From assembly GCF_009914755.1 (NCBI RefSeq), contig NC_060926.1: DNA of 64,000 nt. One strand, 5' to 3'. Of this stretch, positions 25,027 to 39,644 are shown piece after piece (within the stretch, counting starts at the first letter, position 1; each line of letters opens with the position of its first letter). The position numbers and the translations under genes are program-made. The notes under the pieces are model-generated. The model was not told where the DNA came from, did no database searches, and saw only the letters and a list, made by a program, of their open reading frames with translations. This DNA comes from the human T2T-CHM13v2.0 reference genome, Homo sapiens.

Positions 25027-25799
25027 TAAACTCCACACATAACTACTGATTGGCCAATATATGATAGATGTAAAACATAAAAGGAAACCTTCAATCTCTG
25101 TTTTATAAAAATACTAATATTCCCCTAGGACTATTTATTTAATTTACTTTCATTTTAAAAGTAAAGCAGAGGGGATAATATTGTTAAAATCCAAAAACAG
25201 TCCAATTTCTTTGGAAAATTGGAAATATGTAATTATAAAGTGGGCTAAATCAATTTATCAGAGAAGTTTAGATGTTCCCAGTAGGATGAATATTTAGCTT
25301 CTCTCCAAAAAGTCTCTCATTACTGTGTGTCATTTAAATAAGCTTGTGAATGTAGTTATGCTGTAGCCACTGATTTGCAGTTTAGCTTTTGGAAAGTTAG
25401 TGTTTTTGCTGTTTTATAAAAAAAGAACCTGTGCAATTATATTTTATATGCTTTAGTATGGCTTTTACATTTTTGTCTAGAAACACCCCTAACACAAAGA
25501 ACATGGTTAATAATATTTTGAATGAATAAATAATAAGAGTATAACTCACCTCTGTGACAAGGTAGAAGACCAACCCCCAAATTACCAATAAGCAAAACTT
25601 AATTTATCTGAAGCATAATTTGGATCCCCTAAGTGTGCAAACAATATTTATCTAACTTATTAAAGTTCATTGATATCAACTTTTTCTAACAAAGAAAAAG
25701 CTAAATACTTTTAAATTTTTTTGAGACAGAGCCAACTGAATTGGAATTCAAGAAAAACAGAGATCTGAAGAATAAAAACTTTTTGGCATATATATATAA

Positions 25800-26510
25800 C
25801 TGTTCACAGTATTTCCTTATATATTTTTTTCATTTCTGTAAGGTAAGGAGTAATATCCTCCATTACATTTTTTATTTTAGTAATTTGAATCTTCTTGGTG
25901 TTTTTCTGAATCAGTCTAGCTAAGATTTTGTCAATTTTATTGATCTTTTTAAAGAACCAACAGTTGGTATTGTTGATTTTCTTTCTTATTCTTCTGTACT
26001 CTATTTTATCAATTATCACACTAATTATTATTTCCCTCATTCTGCTTGCTTTGTGTTTAGTTTTCTTTTTCGAGTATCATAACGTGGAAGTTTAAGTCAT
26101 TGACTCAAGATTTTCTTTTAATGTGGGTGTTTATAGCTACAAATTTCCCTCTACACACTGTTTTGGTTGCAATTCATTAGTTTTTGTATATTGTGTGTCC
26201 ATTTTCATTCATCTTAAAGTATTTTCTAATTTCTCTTGTGATTTCTTCTTTGAGTCTTTGATTATCTAGAAATATCTTGCTTAATTTCCAGATATTTGTA
26301 AATTTCCCAAATTTCCTTCTGTTATTCATTTCAATTTCACTTCATTGAGATCCAAGAATATACTTTGTATGACAAGAAACTTTTGAAATTTATTTTGGCT
26401 TGTTTTATGGTCTAGCCTATGGACTACCCAGGAGAATGTTCTATGTGTACTTGTAAAGTATGTGTGTTTTGCCATTGTTAAATGGAGTGTTCGATAGATT
26501 TCTGTTAGGC
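25800..26510 (-). mobile_element. L1M ORF2 fragment
   Basis: Minus ORF encodes KINNTNCWFFKKINKIDKILARL, resembling L1 ORF2. Confidence 0.85.
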
Positions 26511-26512
26511 CC

Positions 26513-26962
26513 TATATTACTTCCCTGGGGCTTCCATTAAAACCTACCACAAACTTGGTGGCATAAAGCAACAGAAATTTATTTTTTCATAGTTACAGAG
26601 GCTACAAGTCTGAAATAAAGCTGGGTCATGCTTTCTTGGAGTTTCTAGGAAGATTCTGTTTTATGTTCTTCTCAGCTTCTGGTGTTGCTGGCAATTCTTA
26701 GTGTTTCTTGGCTTGCAGCTGTGTAACTCCAACCTCATTCTCCATTGTCACTTGGCATTCTCGCTGTAAATACTTGTCTGTGTACAAATTTCTCTCTTCC
26801 TATATTGAGAATCCATCATATTGGATTCAGGCCCACCCTAATGACCTCACGTCTACTTAATTACCTCTGCAAAGATCTTCTTTCCAAAAATTTTTATATT
26901 CATAGATTTGGGAGTTAGGTCTTAAACATATATTTTAGGGGTACACCATTCAAGCAATAACA
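26513..26962 (-). mobile_element. MLT1C-like LTR
   Basis: 'accacaaacttggtggcataaagcaacagaaatttatt...ggcccaccctaatgacctca...tctgcaaagat'. Confidence 0.8.
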
Positions 26963-26964
26963 CT

Positions 26965-27140
26965 TACTATTGTGTTTTACTTATTTATTTTGTATATTTT
27001 CTGTTTCCTACTAGAAATAAGCCCTTTGAATGTAAGACATTGGTCTTGTTTCATTAATTACTTAAACCTCTGTGCTTAAAGCAACAACTGGACAAAACTG
27101 GTGTTCAGATAATATATTTAGTGAAAGAATGAATAAATGG
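26965..27140 (+). mobile_element. L2 3' end
   Basis: 'ctactagaaataagccctttgaa...gtcttgtttca...gaatgaataaatg'. Confidence 0.6.
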
Positions 27141-27804
27141 CTGCCTTCTCTTTTATGCCAACCTCCATCTCAACCTAAATATTTGTGCTCAAAAGCTTAT
27201 ACAATGATGCTTTACCCAGACTACAGCTGTGCCTTAATTAGTGCTAGTTTCTTCATTGCTATTAAAATTATCTCATTATCTCATCTTTTTTTCTATGTAA
27301 ATGTTGATTATTCAGTAATAATATGAGTTCTATCTTTTTTAGGATGTTTTCAAACTCAGAAACCTGACAGTCTAGAATAGAACAACCAAATTTACCTTCT
27401 ATTTTTATTAATTATACTGTTAGCTCATTTTTAAAATTTTCTATGTTGACTGAAATTTAGTTTAGCCTAAGTTCTGCATATGCATCACTTTAATAACTGA
27501 GGTTATTATAACAGTTGAATATATATGATATGGATCCAAATGTATTGAAATAAATTTTGGCTGCGTGCTTCACATTGTTATTTTCAAGCTGAAATTATAA
27601 TTCTGGCAAATGTACCTAAGACTATGTACAGCTTCCTACTTGAAATATAGATTAATATAAGCCAGAATTGTTACTATCTAATACAATTTTTGAAATTCAG
27701 GGTTCATAAACAACCAATCCTGGCTACTCTAATATCCTCTAAAATATTTTATTTGTTTAGGTGTTTTGTAAATTCTCATTCTGATAGGCCAGACAAGTTG
27801 AATT

Positions 27805-28302
27805 TGAAACTGGCTTAATTGCTGTATAGAATTGATATTTATGGTTTCTTTTGAATAAACAAAGAAATTGACCCTCTCAGTCTTTAATTTAAGAAATAGC
27901 TACATTTGTCTTATTTGAGTTCATTTCTCAGTAAACTAACAATCAGGCCTCCTAGATAATACCACGAACTGAAATTTGCCAGATCACCCCATCTAGACAA
28001 TGAGACACCAGACCTGTCACCTATCATTGTTGCCACACCAACCACCTGCTTCCTGTTGTCCAACTCCTCTTCTTTATCCTTCCCTAATTCCTGTTTACCC
28101 ATGTATAGTTACCTTCCTTCCCCACTATATAAACCCTCAATTTTAGTAAGTCAGGGAAATGGATTTGAGACTGATCTCCCATCTAATTGGTTGCAGCACT
28201 TGATTAAATCATTCTTCCCCAACAATACCCATTGTCTCAGTAATTGGCTTTCTGTGTGGTGAGCAGCAGAACCTAGACCAAACACCTAGTGTTATGGTTA
28301 CA
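27805..28302 (+). mobile_element. MER4-group solo LTR (MER39-like)
   Basis: TG...CA ends, 'tttatggtttcttttgaataaac...tatataaacc...gatttgagactgatctccc'; flanks aatt/aagt. Confidence 0.75.
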
Positions 28303-28454
28303 AAGTGACTAATAAATTATTATTATTAAATGAAAATATTATCAGACTCCCCAATGTTCAAAATATGCAAAAACTGATTATTTAGGTTTTAAAACATCAT
28401 ATTAAATTATGTTACAATAGTAATGACACAAATTTCCTAAGATAATAAATTTTA

Positions 28455-28770
28455 GGGATGCAGTGGTTCATGCATATAATCCCAGAAATTTGGGAGGCCC
28501 AGTTGGTTGGATCACATGAGCCTAGGACTTCAAGACCAGCCTGGACAACATGGAGAAACATCATCTCTACAAAAAAAAATTTAAAAATTAGCCAGGTGTG
28601 GTGGCATGCACCAGTAGTCCCAACTTTTTGGGAGGCTGAGGTTGGAGTATCCCTTGATCTCAGGAGGCCAAGGCTACAGTAAACCATGATCACACTGCTG
28701 CACTTCAGCCTGGGCAATAGTGCGAGATCCTGTTTAAAAAAAAAAAGAATAAATAAAGAGAGAGAGAAAT
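28455..28770 (+). mobile_element. AluJ
   Basis: Diverged dimeric Alu with 'ggctacagtaaaccatgatc' and an A tail. Confidence 0.9.
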
Positions 28771-29719
28771 AATGAATTTTGGCAATGTGCTTTTATATTA
28801 CATCACTTAATACAGTGTCTTATATTTATAAATTATACATATAAGTACATATATATGAGTTTAAATGTGTAGGAATGTAGTTTATTTTTTGTAATATTTT
28901 GTAGAATGGTGAATATTTAATGTAATTATTTTAGTAAATGATCAGGAGAAAATTAGCTGTAATCATTTCAAAATGTTTAATATACTTCATTGCTGGCACA
29001 CGTGTATTTGTTTTCTTATTTCAATTTAATACCAATCATTAAAATTTGGATGTTATTTATAAGCTTGCTTCATCTATTTCTTTTGTCTGTTGGCTGTCTT
29101 GTTTTCTTTTATGAGGTGCATTATATATTGTATATGATAATACACATTAAATTGGGCAATGCATGCTATGTTGATGCCCTTGAACCTTACTGTTGAACCT
29201 GATAAACTAGATTAATACTGTAGCGAAAATTCATTCTAAGCCCAATGAGAAGAAATGATCTGTACAATGCATAAAACATTTTTTCATGAATTACCCTTAA
29301 AGAAATATGTTATGTATCGGTTTATATGTGTGTCTTCTTTAACATCTAACAGTTTCACAGCTCATTTGTTGTTTGATACAGGGGGATAATGGACAACAAT
29401 AATTTAAGAATTGGCATGTCTTGACAAGGTATGTTTGAAATGGTTTACAGATTTATGCCTTGGTGAAGGCACCATTTAAAAACACATTGTTTTCTAAGAT
29501 ATTTCTGAGTTTGCCAGTAAAAACAATACCACTCCCTTATAGAATCACATCATCTATATAATCCTATTCACTTATGCTCTTAAACCTTGAGTTATGGGCT
29601 TCCTCTTACATACTGGAGTTGTTGAAGGAAAGTATCAGTGTCTATATTGTCTTTATTCCAAAAATATTAAATATAATTATTATAGTAAGCTTTAAATTAT
29701 TAAATGCTAAATTGTGTTT

Positions 29720-31676
29720 ATGAATACTAATTTTGACCAATTTTAAATATAGAAAAGAACATACATAAAGAGGGGCATTACATAATAACAAAAGGCTAAA
29801 TTATCTAAGGAAATGTGGGAAAAAAAAAGAAAAACTTAACTATGTGTGTACCCAACAATACAGAGAGTCAAATACATGAGGCACGACTGATAAAAAATGG
29901 ATTTATAGACAACTCTACTATTATAGCTGAAAGCTTCAACATTTCTTTGTCAGTAAGGAAATGACCAAGAAGTCAGAAAATCAATAAAGATGTAGTTGAC
30001 CACAATAGCATTCAACTTGATCTAATTGACATTTATTGAATACTCCATGTAGCAACAGAATGCACATTTTTCGCAAGCTTACCTAGAATATTCACTAACA
30101 TAGACTACATTCTGCTCCAAAGCACACCTTAATACATTTAAAAGAATAGAAATAATACAATATGCATTCTCAGATTACAGGAATTAAACTGAAATCAAAA
30201 CTAGAAAGAGAGCTAGAAAATCCCTAAATATTTGCAAAATAAGAATGCCTTCTAAATAATCCATAGGCCAAATGAAAAATTTTAAAATAAGTTTTAGAAT
30301 ATTTTGAACTAAATATAACTGAAAGTATAGCTTATCAAAATTTATGAAATACAGTGAAAGGAATGGTTAAAAGGCAATTTACAGTATGGAATGCATAGAT
30401 TAGCATAAAAGAATAGTGTTAGTGTCCTAAATGTCCTTCTCTACATATTCTTCTCAGAAAACAAGAGAAAGGAGAGCAGCATAGGCATAAAGAAAGCAAA
30501 ATAGAATAAATAATAAAAGTTATAGCAAAAATAAATGCATCAAAAATCCATAAAAAATGGAGAATTTCAATGAAACGAAAATCTAAGGTTTTGAAAAGAT
30601 TAATCAAATTGATAGACCTCTAGCCAGGCTAACAAAAAAAAAATAGAGAAGATAACACATTTCCAATATCTGAAATGAAAGACGGGCATCACTATTGATC
30701 CCATGAAATTTAGAAGTATAATAGATGAATATTATTAAAACTACGTGAGGCCACAAATTTGACCACTTAGATAAAATGGTCCAATTCCTTAAAAGACATG
30801 AAATAACAAAATTCACACAAGGATAATAGATAATATGAGTAGCCAATTTATATTAGAGCATTTGTACTAATAATTAATAACATCCAAAAACAAAACATAC
30901 AGCTCAATGGCTGCACTAGTTTAGTCTGCCAAACCTTTAAGAAATTATACCAATTATTCACAATTTCTTCCAGAAAGCAGAGGCAGAGATACATATTTTG
31001 AAATAACATGTTCTATACCATCAATAAATACAATTTTCATTTGTCAGTTTCAAAAAAAGTACTACTACTAATAAAAGAGAAGCAGAAAGAACATTTGCTA
31101 AATCCTTTAATAACACCAGAGTTATCTTAGTATTAAAACTGGCAAAATACATTACAACAAAGGATGACTAGAGACCAATATCTTTTATTACCACCAATGA
31201 AATATCCTCAACAAAATATTTGTAAATGGAATCCAACAACGTGTAGTTATATACCACAACAAAGGAGGATTAATTAATACCAGATGTGCAATGTTGATTT
31301 AACATTCAAAATTGTTCAATGTAAATTACATCAACAGAATAAAAACAAAAAGGAATTTTTAATGTAAATATATATATATTTTTAAAACATGATATACATT
31401 ATTTTGTTGTACAGCACAAGGCTTCGAAATATGTATATGTATTTCTGCTTCTATTTTCAGGAAGATCATAGATAATTGGTATCAGCTCTTTCTTGAATAT
31501 TTGGTGGATCTCACCCGTGAAACCACTGGATTGTGTGCTGGTTTCTAGAAGGTTATTAATTATTGAAACAAATTTTCTAATAGACATTAGCTACTCAGAT
31601 TATTTATTACTCCATGAGTGACTTTTGGTAATTTGTACATTGCAAGAAATTGGTCTATTTCATCTAAGTGATCAAA

Positions 31677-31710
<34 letters not shown>

Positions 31711-31713
31711 ATA

Positions 31714-31754
<41 letters not shown>

Positions 31755-32110
31755 AAAATAAATGCAGTGAAAGCAAGGGTCAATACTATGTATATATACA
31801 CATATATAAATTTGGAATAAATATATATATAGATCACTAGCACTAAAATAAAACACTTTGTGTAATCTAGTAGAATGTGTACTGGATCTAAATGCATAAA
31901 ACTACAACACTCTAATGAACAAAATCAAATACATTTTTAAATGAAGAGATATTCCATATTCATGAACTGGAAGCCTCAATATTGTTAAGATGGTCTTGCT
32001 TATTTGAACTATAGATTCAACACAATTCACAATCTCAATCAAAATCTCGGCAAATTATTTTGTAGATACTATAAAACTAATTATAAAAATTATATAAGAT
32101 GTCCAAAGAC
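29720..32110 (+). mobile_element. Old L1M ORF2 remnant with an inverted segment (about 31340-31680) and microsatellite
   Basis: EN/RT-region motifs 'aacttgatctaattgacatttat', 'atcctcaacaaaatatt' and 'aaatgaagagatattccatattcatg'. Confidence 0.75.
31680..31755. repeat. (CA)n-(TATATG)n compound microsatellite
   Basis: Seen directly. Confidence 0.95.
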
Positions 32111-33389
32111 CCACTTTTCTACTTGCAGTAGAGAAAAATCTGTGGGCTGAAGGAGATGGGGAGAATGGAAATCAAGTGGTTGTTAAACAAATACTTGTGG
32201 GTCCCTTGTTACACATGCTGGGCCTAGGACTACATAGAATGCAGCATGTGTTCAAAATGGGATTGTGCGCTAACAGAGCCCATTTCCCCATTCCTAAGGT
32301 TAAATTCAATCAATGCTGCGATATGTTAAAAAGAAATTGGCACATGAAGTGAATAGGCAGCTGAGGTGCTTATAAAATCTTTTCTGTGTTTGAACATGGA
32401 GGAGGAAACATAAAGGTCATAGTTTCCCCAGAGTGGGGGAAAAAAGAATTTAAAAAATGTGCATAGAAATAACCATAAGTGAGAAGCAATTTGCACAGCC
32501 CATCAACAAAATGATGAAAATCTCTGCAACTGTCTTCAAGGTCATATGAAATTTGAAGAACAGTGGCAATAAACCACTCCTATCATGTACTTCTTTTCAC
32601 TAGAGAAGTCCCACAGATCTCAATTTAATGATGTTTATAGCATTCAAGCCATACTTCAAGTAGATCAAGTTATAAAATATAAAGACAATGGTATTTCTAT
32701 GCTGAGCTTTGGACTCAGATACATGCCCACCCACTGTGTTAGTAAAAGCTAATGTTTCAACTTCAGCCCTGCCATTTACTAAGAGGAAATGAGTCTTTGG
32801 TAAGAATTTTAGTCAAAAAAACAGAAATACTAGCCTCCACCCTGTCTATTTTCCTGGATCCTCAAGTAAATTGAGGTAATATACGTGTAACACAAAAACT
32901 CTATAAATAGGAAAGTAGCATTAATGTTTTTTAAGTCTATAAATTGTACTCTGTTTTTTCAATTACTTGAAAAACTATTTATAGGATGATATAAAAATTA
33001 TGTGACTTCTGCCCTTAAGAAGTTTTCAATCAACAAAGAGACATGACATAGTCCTGATAACATTTATTTGACAGAGCAAGTTATTATAAGGCTGATTTGC
33101 AAGATACTTTTAACTTTAAGGGATGATAAATGAATTTCAGTGGGTAATGCAGGATAAAAGCTGGCTATGCAGCATAAGAAGAACTTGAATATTCAAATTA
33201 AGGTGGAACAAGAAGGGAACTTAGATAATTGAAACTGCATAAGTAAAAACATCAAAGTTGGAGGTAAGCATGGTTTATTTCTAGAACAGCAGGGAACCTG
33301 GTAGACTTAGCTGGAATACATGAAAAAAATCATTAAAAAATTTTATATATTATTCACGTATAAACCAAAAGTTAAGTTTAAGGAGTAAA

Positions 33390-33755
33390 GAAACAATCAG
33401 CCATACAAAGACATGAAGTACTCATACATACTGCAATGTGGATAAATCTGAAAAACATTATGCTAAGTGAAAAAAACCCACAAATAGTCACATATATTTT
33501 TCCATTCATTTGAAATAAAATATGCAGAACAGATACATTTATAGAGATAGAAGCAAAGGCTAAGAGAGGGAGGAATGGCGGGAGGTAATTGCTTAATGGC
33601 TATGGTGTTATATTTTGGGATGATGAAAAGTTTTAGAACAAGATAGAGTTGGCGATTGTACAACATTGGGAATGTACTAAATGTAGCCGAATTGTTCACT
33701 TTAAATGATTTATTTTATGTTATGTGAATTTCACCTTGATGAAAAGAAAATTTAA
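33390..33755 (+). mobile_element. L1MB-type 3' end
   Basis: 'gaaaaacattatgctaagtgaaa...ggatgatgaaaagtttta...attgttcactttaaat...atgttatgtgaatttcacct'. Confidence 0.8.
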
Positions 33756-34829
33756 GAAGTGAGGAAATGATTTCTGAAGTGGGCTAGTGAGCACAATCAT
33801 AGCAGGGTATATATAGGCACTAGAATGCCCCCCCCAAATCCTTTCTCAAAACTGAGAAATATTTTCCAAAATTAATGTGTTATAGTCAGTGAGTCCTAGC
33901 ATTGCAATTGTAAACACTAAATAGCTTCACTTGTCATTGCATAATTGTTTCAATTTCAATTATCTTTTTAAAAGTTCATCTTTACCCCCAAAATGTACAT
34001 CCTCAAAAGCCCTATTATTGTAAACATTCCTCTAGAAAAGCAGTATAATAAATGTGCCTCCCTTTTTCCAAATTCAGTACATTACTTTGTATTGTTGATT
34101 ATTTCTTCATGATGCTCATGCAGTTAGCACATCTTTCTCTTAGAACATCATTATTTTACTACTTGGTCATTGAAAAATTCATTTACTCCTTCTTCATCCT
34201 TCTCCTGTCATATAATATCTACTCACTGATTCTAGATTAATTTTAGTAATAGTAATACGAGTTTGCTTCTCAGGTAAAATAATTACAAAAGTAGACTGAC
34301 AGATTCTCATAAAATGGCTCCAAAATCATCAGAGACTCAGTTTCCTTGAATCTTTCTGATACCCATTTCTGGTTCATGGTTCCCATCCTTAGGATTACTT
34401 CATAATCCAAGATATCTTGAGATATCATGTCCCAATTTTAAGTAACTCTTAATAAAAAGGATGTGGAAGATGATAGCAAAATAAGAACACTACCAAGTTG
34501 AGTCAGCTCTCTAAGAAACTTTCTAAGAAATCTCAGACAACACTTCTGCTCTTATCTCATTGGTCACAATCGACTGCAAGGGAGTTAAGGGAATAACATA
34601 TTTTAAGGAGATAATCACTAGTTTTAAGAAAGTTAGGGATTTGGTCATGAAATTGCATCACAAAGTATACATCAGACAGGAAATAAGCAATCTCTTCCTT
34701 TCATATATTAAATAATACATACATAGTAAATAATCAAGTGAAAATATTAAGGTTTTTGCATTATATATTTTATGTTATATGTTACGCATTATGTGTGTAA
34801 ACTGAACCAGTCACTATATTAGAAACTAT

Positions 34830-35815
34830 AATTTTATTCATTAAACAAATATTTGTTGACTACCTACTGTATTTTTGGCATTAGACTAAACACTGAAGAG
34901 CAAAATTATACTTGGTTCCTATTCTCAAGGAGGTTGTAGTCTGGTGAGAAAAGCATTCTTTAACTCCATAAACATGTACATAAATATTTAAGTATAAATT
35001 GGGAAACAACCTTTTATGAAAGTCTATAAAAAAATCTGGCTTCAGGGGAGAGAATCTCCTGAATATTCAGAGTGAAATTGGCATTTGAGCTGAGATTTGC
35101 AGGCTGATAGATGTTAAGTAATTGTTGTAGGTACTTGTGAATAAAATAATGGGCAAAAACAATGGGCAAAAACCCAGTGGAGGGAGGAAAGGACTAAATG
35201 TATCTGGTGCAACCATAGTCACAGGGCTAAGGACATCAATGTGAAGGAGGTAGGATGGCAGAAAATAAAGCATCTTTTCCACAATGTTAAGGAATTAGAT
35301 AATTACCCAAGAGACACTGAGTACTACCACTCACTGCTTCATACTTTATCATAATCAAGAGCTGCTTTTTATGAAATCCACACACAGAATGATGTTCTTG
35401 CCTCTATATTCACTGAACTTCTTGCTCCTGCTTCCTGGCCTGCTCAGGAACTGCCCACTCCCTCTTGCAAAACTTACCTGTCTAAGTCACATACATCCTT
35501 TGATGTATCATAGGTAGAATCTTTTTCATAAAGTCTTCTTCATGACATCAGCCTCAACCACATACTTCAGGTCATGACTGGAAAAATACTTTATCATAAA
35601 GTGTACATACTTCTATTTTCATTCTTTCCTTGTCTGTTTACATTTTGTTTTTATATCTGCCTCCTCCAATAGGCTCTGCACCTCTTGAAGACAGGAATAT
35701 TACTCACTCTTGTTTATTTCCCTAGCCCCAAGCCACAGGCTTGGCACAGATACTATTGCCATTAACACTGACTCAAGAAATAGTTGCTGGGTTAATAAAT
35801 GAATGAATGTTGATT
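34830..35815. mobile_element. L2 fragments (minus about 34830-35310; plus about 35450-35815)
   Basis: 'attcattaaacaaatatttgttgactacctactgt' and 'ttggcacagata...ataaatgaatgaatg' are L2 3' tails. Confidence 0.6.
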
Positions 35816-36404
35816 ACATTGATTTAATCTATAAATCTACTTCTAAGACTCACATTACATTATTATACAAATTTTTTTCTGAACTGCAAAACATTTAAGG
35901 AGGAAAATAATGTAAAATTACATTTCTGAACCTTTAAATGTAGTATTTTGACTTAAGCACACCATTGGGATAGTTTAATAAAAGTCTTCTGACATTAATA
36001 CTGCACCTCTTCAACACTATTAAAAGCAAATTGTTTTTATCTTAGCAACAGAATTGTTAGGAATTTCTGCTGAAGATGCTTTCAATTGTTTAATAACCAC
36101 TTTGTTTATTACTCTTATTATTTACTAAAAGCTATTATATACTCAGACTATCTAAACTGGAGGAAATGTTCCTATCTGCACTCATGTCCGTGTGTGTGTG
36201 TGTGTGAGTTTGCATGTAAGCAGTAAAACCATATTTATTGAGTATTGAGATGATGGCAAACAAAACATAACATTATTTCCGGTTGTGGTCAGTATGCTCA
36301 CTTGGAAGGAATTCAAACGTATGCATTTTACTATAATTTCTATCTGCTTGGCAATATTATTGAAATCTCTCCCTGTAGAGGCTTCACCTAAAGAGTGAAG
36401 AATG

Positions 36405-36829
<425 letters not shown>

Positions 36830-37029
36830 TTAAATTATTTAACTTTTTCTCATATTCCTAGAATGCTTTGCAAAAATTATTGCAAAATTGTGCTGCTAAA
36901 ATGCCTCAATCCTGTGTTTCTCTCTGAAGAGTAACATTGTTTCAGAGGTTAAGCACATAAATGTACATGTCAATCAATTCATGAATATGACAAGTGTTTT
37001 AAAGCTGAGAAGAGGGCCAGGAGGAGGAA

Positions 37030-37410
37030 AAAATAATAATAACTTTCATCATGTTTTATGTGTTGGTCCTGAAAAGGCATTTTTATTTTCATTAACTTAA
37101 TTTATTTTCTCTGTAATGCCAATAAATAGGAGAGGCAGGTATTATTATCTCCAGTTTACTTATCTAGAAAATGGGAATTTAAGAATGGTGATCTCATACA
37201 GTTGTTGTGACTATAAATGACACAATGCATGTAAATTGCTTAGAAAATTTTCTAGAAGGCATTAAATACCTAATAAAATTAAATATTATTGCCCCAATTT
37301 CAAGGAACTATCTTAATGCTAAGAGGTGTTGACTTGTTTGCCCAAAGTAATATGGGTTAAATTCTGGATTCAAATTATATCCTTCTGGCTCCAAATATAT
37401 TGTCATTCCC
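37030..37410. mobile_element. MIR fragments
   Basis: 'aggtattattatctccagttta', 'gttgttgtga...atgcatgtaaa' and 'gacttgtttgcccaaagt'. Confidence 0.55.
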
Positions 37411-38158
37411 ATTGTGTTTCTCAGGAAAGATTGCATTTTCTTACAAGGCTTTTGGAGGCACCTGTCTTTATAATCAAATTTACTACTGATTTTAATGGCA
37501 GAATTGCCCAATATTTGGGGATAATGGCTAGCAACGTTTAATTTGATCAGGACAATGTGGAAGAGATTGTATCTAAGAGGAATATATTTAGCAATCAAGG
37601 TTAATTAGAACAGAAATAACTCAGTTTGGTCTGCATTTCAATGTTTAAACCTCAAAATGTTACTTTAATTAAAGCATCAATTCAGCTATAAACTATGATA
37701 TTATGTTTCCCAAAAAGAGCCTCTTTGAAAAAATATAGATCATGTGATTCATTAAATTCCAGTGATCAGAAGTTAGGATAAAATATGGTTATCTACATTA
37801 GAGAAGCAGGAGTGAAGTATGATTTAATAGGATGTAATAAAAAGCAGACAAAGGCTTATAAAGGTCTGTTTTCATGAGAACTTATTTTGGCTCATAAACC
37901 ATGACTGCATTGTTACAAAAAAAAATTGTGTGCTTTTTAAAATTTTAAAATGATTTCAATATACCCTTAATTTGTAAATATGCCTGGTGAGAAAGCACCC
38001 AATTAGAAGCAAATTGGTAGTTCTATCATTTTGACAGCACACATAATAATGGGAGAAACTGAGTTTTGGCAATAGCTAAGTGGGAAACTGTTCAGTTAGC
38101 TCTTATTATAATGTCCTAAACATTAAATATCAGAAAAGATGCAGTTCTTAGACAGGAG

Positions 38159-38186
38159 ATAGCAGAGGATACATAGCAGAGGATAC
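38159..38186. repeat. 14-bp perfect tandem duplication
   Basis: atagcagaggatac twice. Confidence 0.85.
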
Positions 38187-39644
38187 ATGATTGAATGCCT
38201 ACAGTTCAGGTGAGGAATATATTAGACAGAGCTGCTACAGGGTATGAAGTGTCTCTCAGTGCAACATTTAAAAGTGTGCTTTAGAAAAAAATGTTGTACT
38301 ATGATATTAGTATTATGATAATTGATATGTAAATTAACTGTTAGTAATGGGAATGTTATATAAATATACATATATATATAAAACTTACAAAGATATTTAA
38401 GATAATGTTTTGGTTCATCTGTTTAATTAATAAACCTAAAAGAAGTTACGCACTTTGAGAAAATCGCTTATGAGTATATTTTTAATGCATCCTAACATAT
38501 AATTTATTAGATATATATGTAAAAATATAAAACAAAATTTTCAGTTATTTTTTACAAAAATAAACTTTGACTAAACACTTAACAAGTTCTTAAGCCATTT
38601 ACAATGCAATTCATTATTACATATAACTGATTTTTTAAACATCTAATACCTTAAATAGAAGACAAGATAGGCTGAAATGCAACTTTTACATAGTATATTA
38701 TTACATTTATACTTTGAGTTATTCTAAAATATCAGCACTACCTATTTAAGTCATTTTCAATATGTCTACAACCTCATTTATTCCTACTTAGGTTTATAAA
38801 GATATTTATTTTGATATCTTCCTTGGTTTGCTATAATATTCTAGGAACAATAAGAAAATGCTGGCTGCTCTGAAGTGAAGATCCTCAGATGCTCAGAGTA
38901 GCCAACATTAGGGGACATGGATTATCAAACCATTGATTCTTTGTCAGGGCCTGGGACCTCATTGCTTCTTTCAAGGGGATGTCCAGTTATGTAAAAAGGC
39001 ATTTATAATTAGTCTGAGGCTTTGCTTAATTTTTCAAAGCTACATTTTACTTGCTAAGGAAGAGAGACTTTTAAAACTTATCCATGACTTTCACATAAGT
39101 CTTATTACATAGAAACATTTTGTCTCCTCCTGAAATTATGAATTATTTTAGACCAGTAATATTATACAACCCACAGTGCTATCATAATGATCCTTTCACC
39201 TTGTTTTGTTAGCATTATCAAATATTGTTTATGTCTGATTTGTATTTTATTAAAATTAGAAGAGCCATATAGAAAATCATTTGCCAGATGATGAAGATTT
39301 TATATGTTGTGGTCAGGCCTCCATTTTAGGGTATTTGCATAAATTACCACTTAAAATGTATCCTTGAATGCTCCTTGTAGCTGTAGTTTTACAACATTGT
39401 TAATTAGCTATTTGGTTCCCTGCTAGGTTATAAAGTGTGACAACTGATGGTGATTGGTTCTTCCTATTCTTGGTAGCGATTTCCACTTTTTTTGTTTTCT
39501 TTTGTGAGGCTGTTAAGCTAATTCTCAATTCTCTGCGCTTGTCATTTTTCCTGCCTTAAAACGTGGTTCATTTGAGTGAAGAACAATACATATTGTGATG
39601 GTTAATATTAAGTGTCAACTTGACTAGATTGAAGGATGCAAAGT

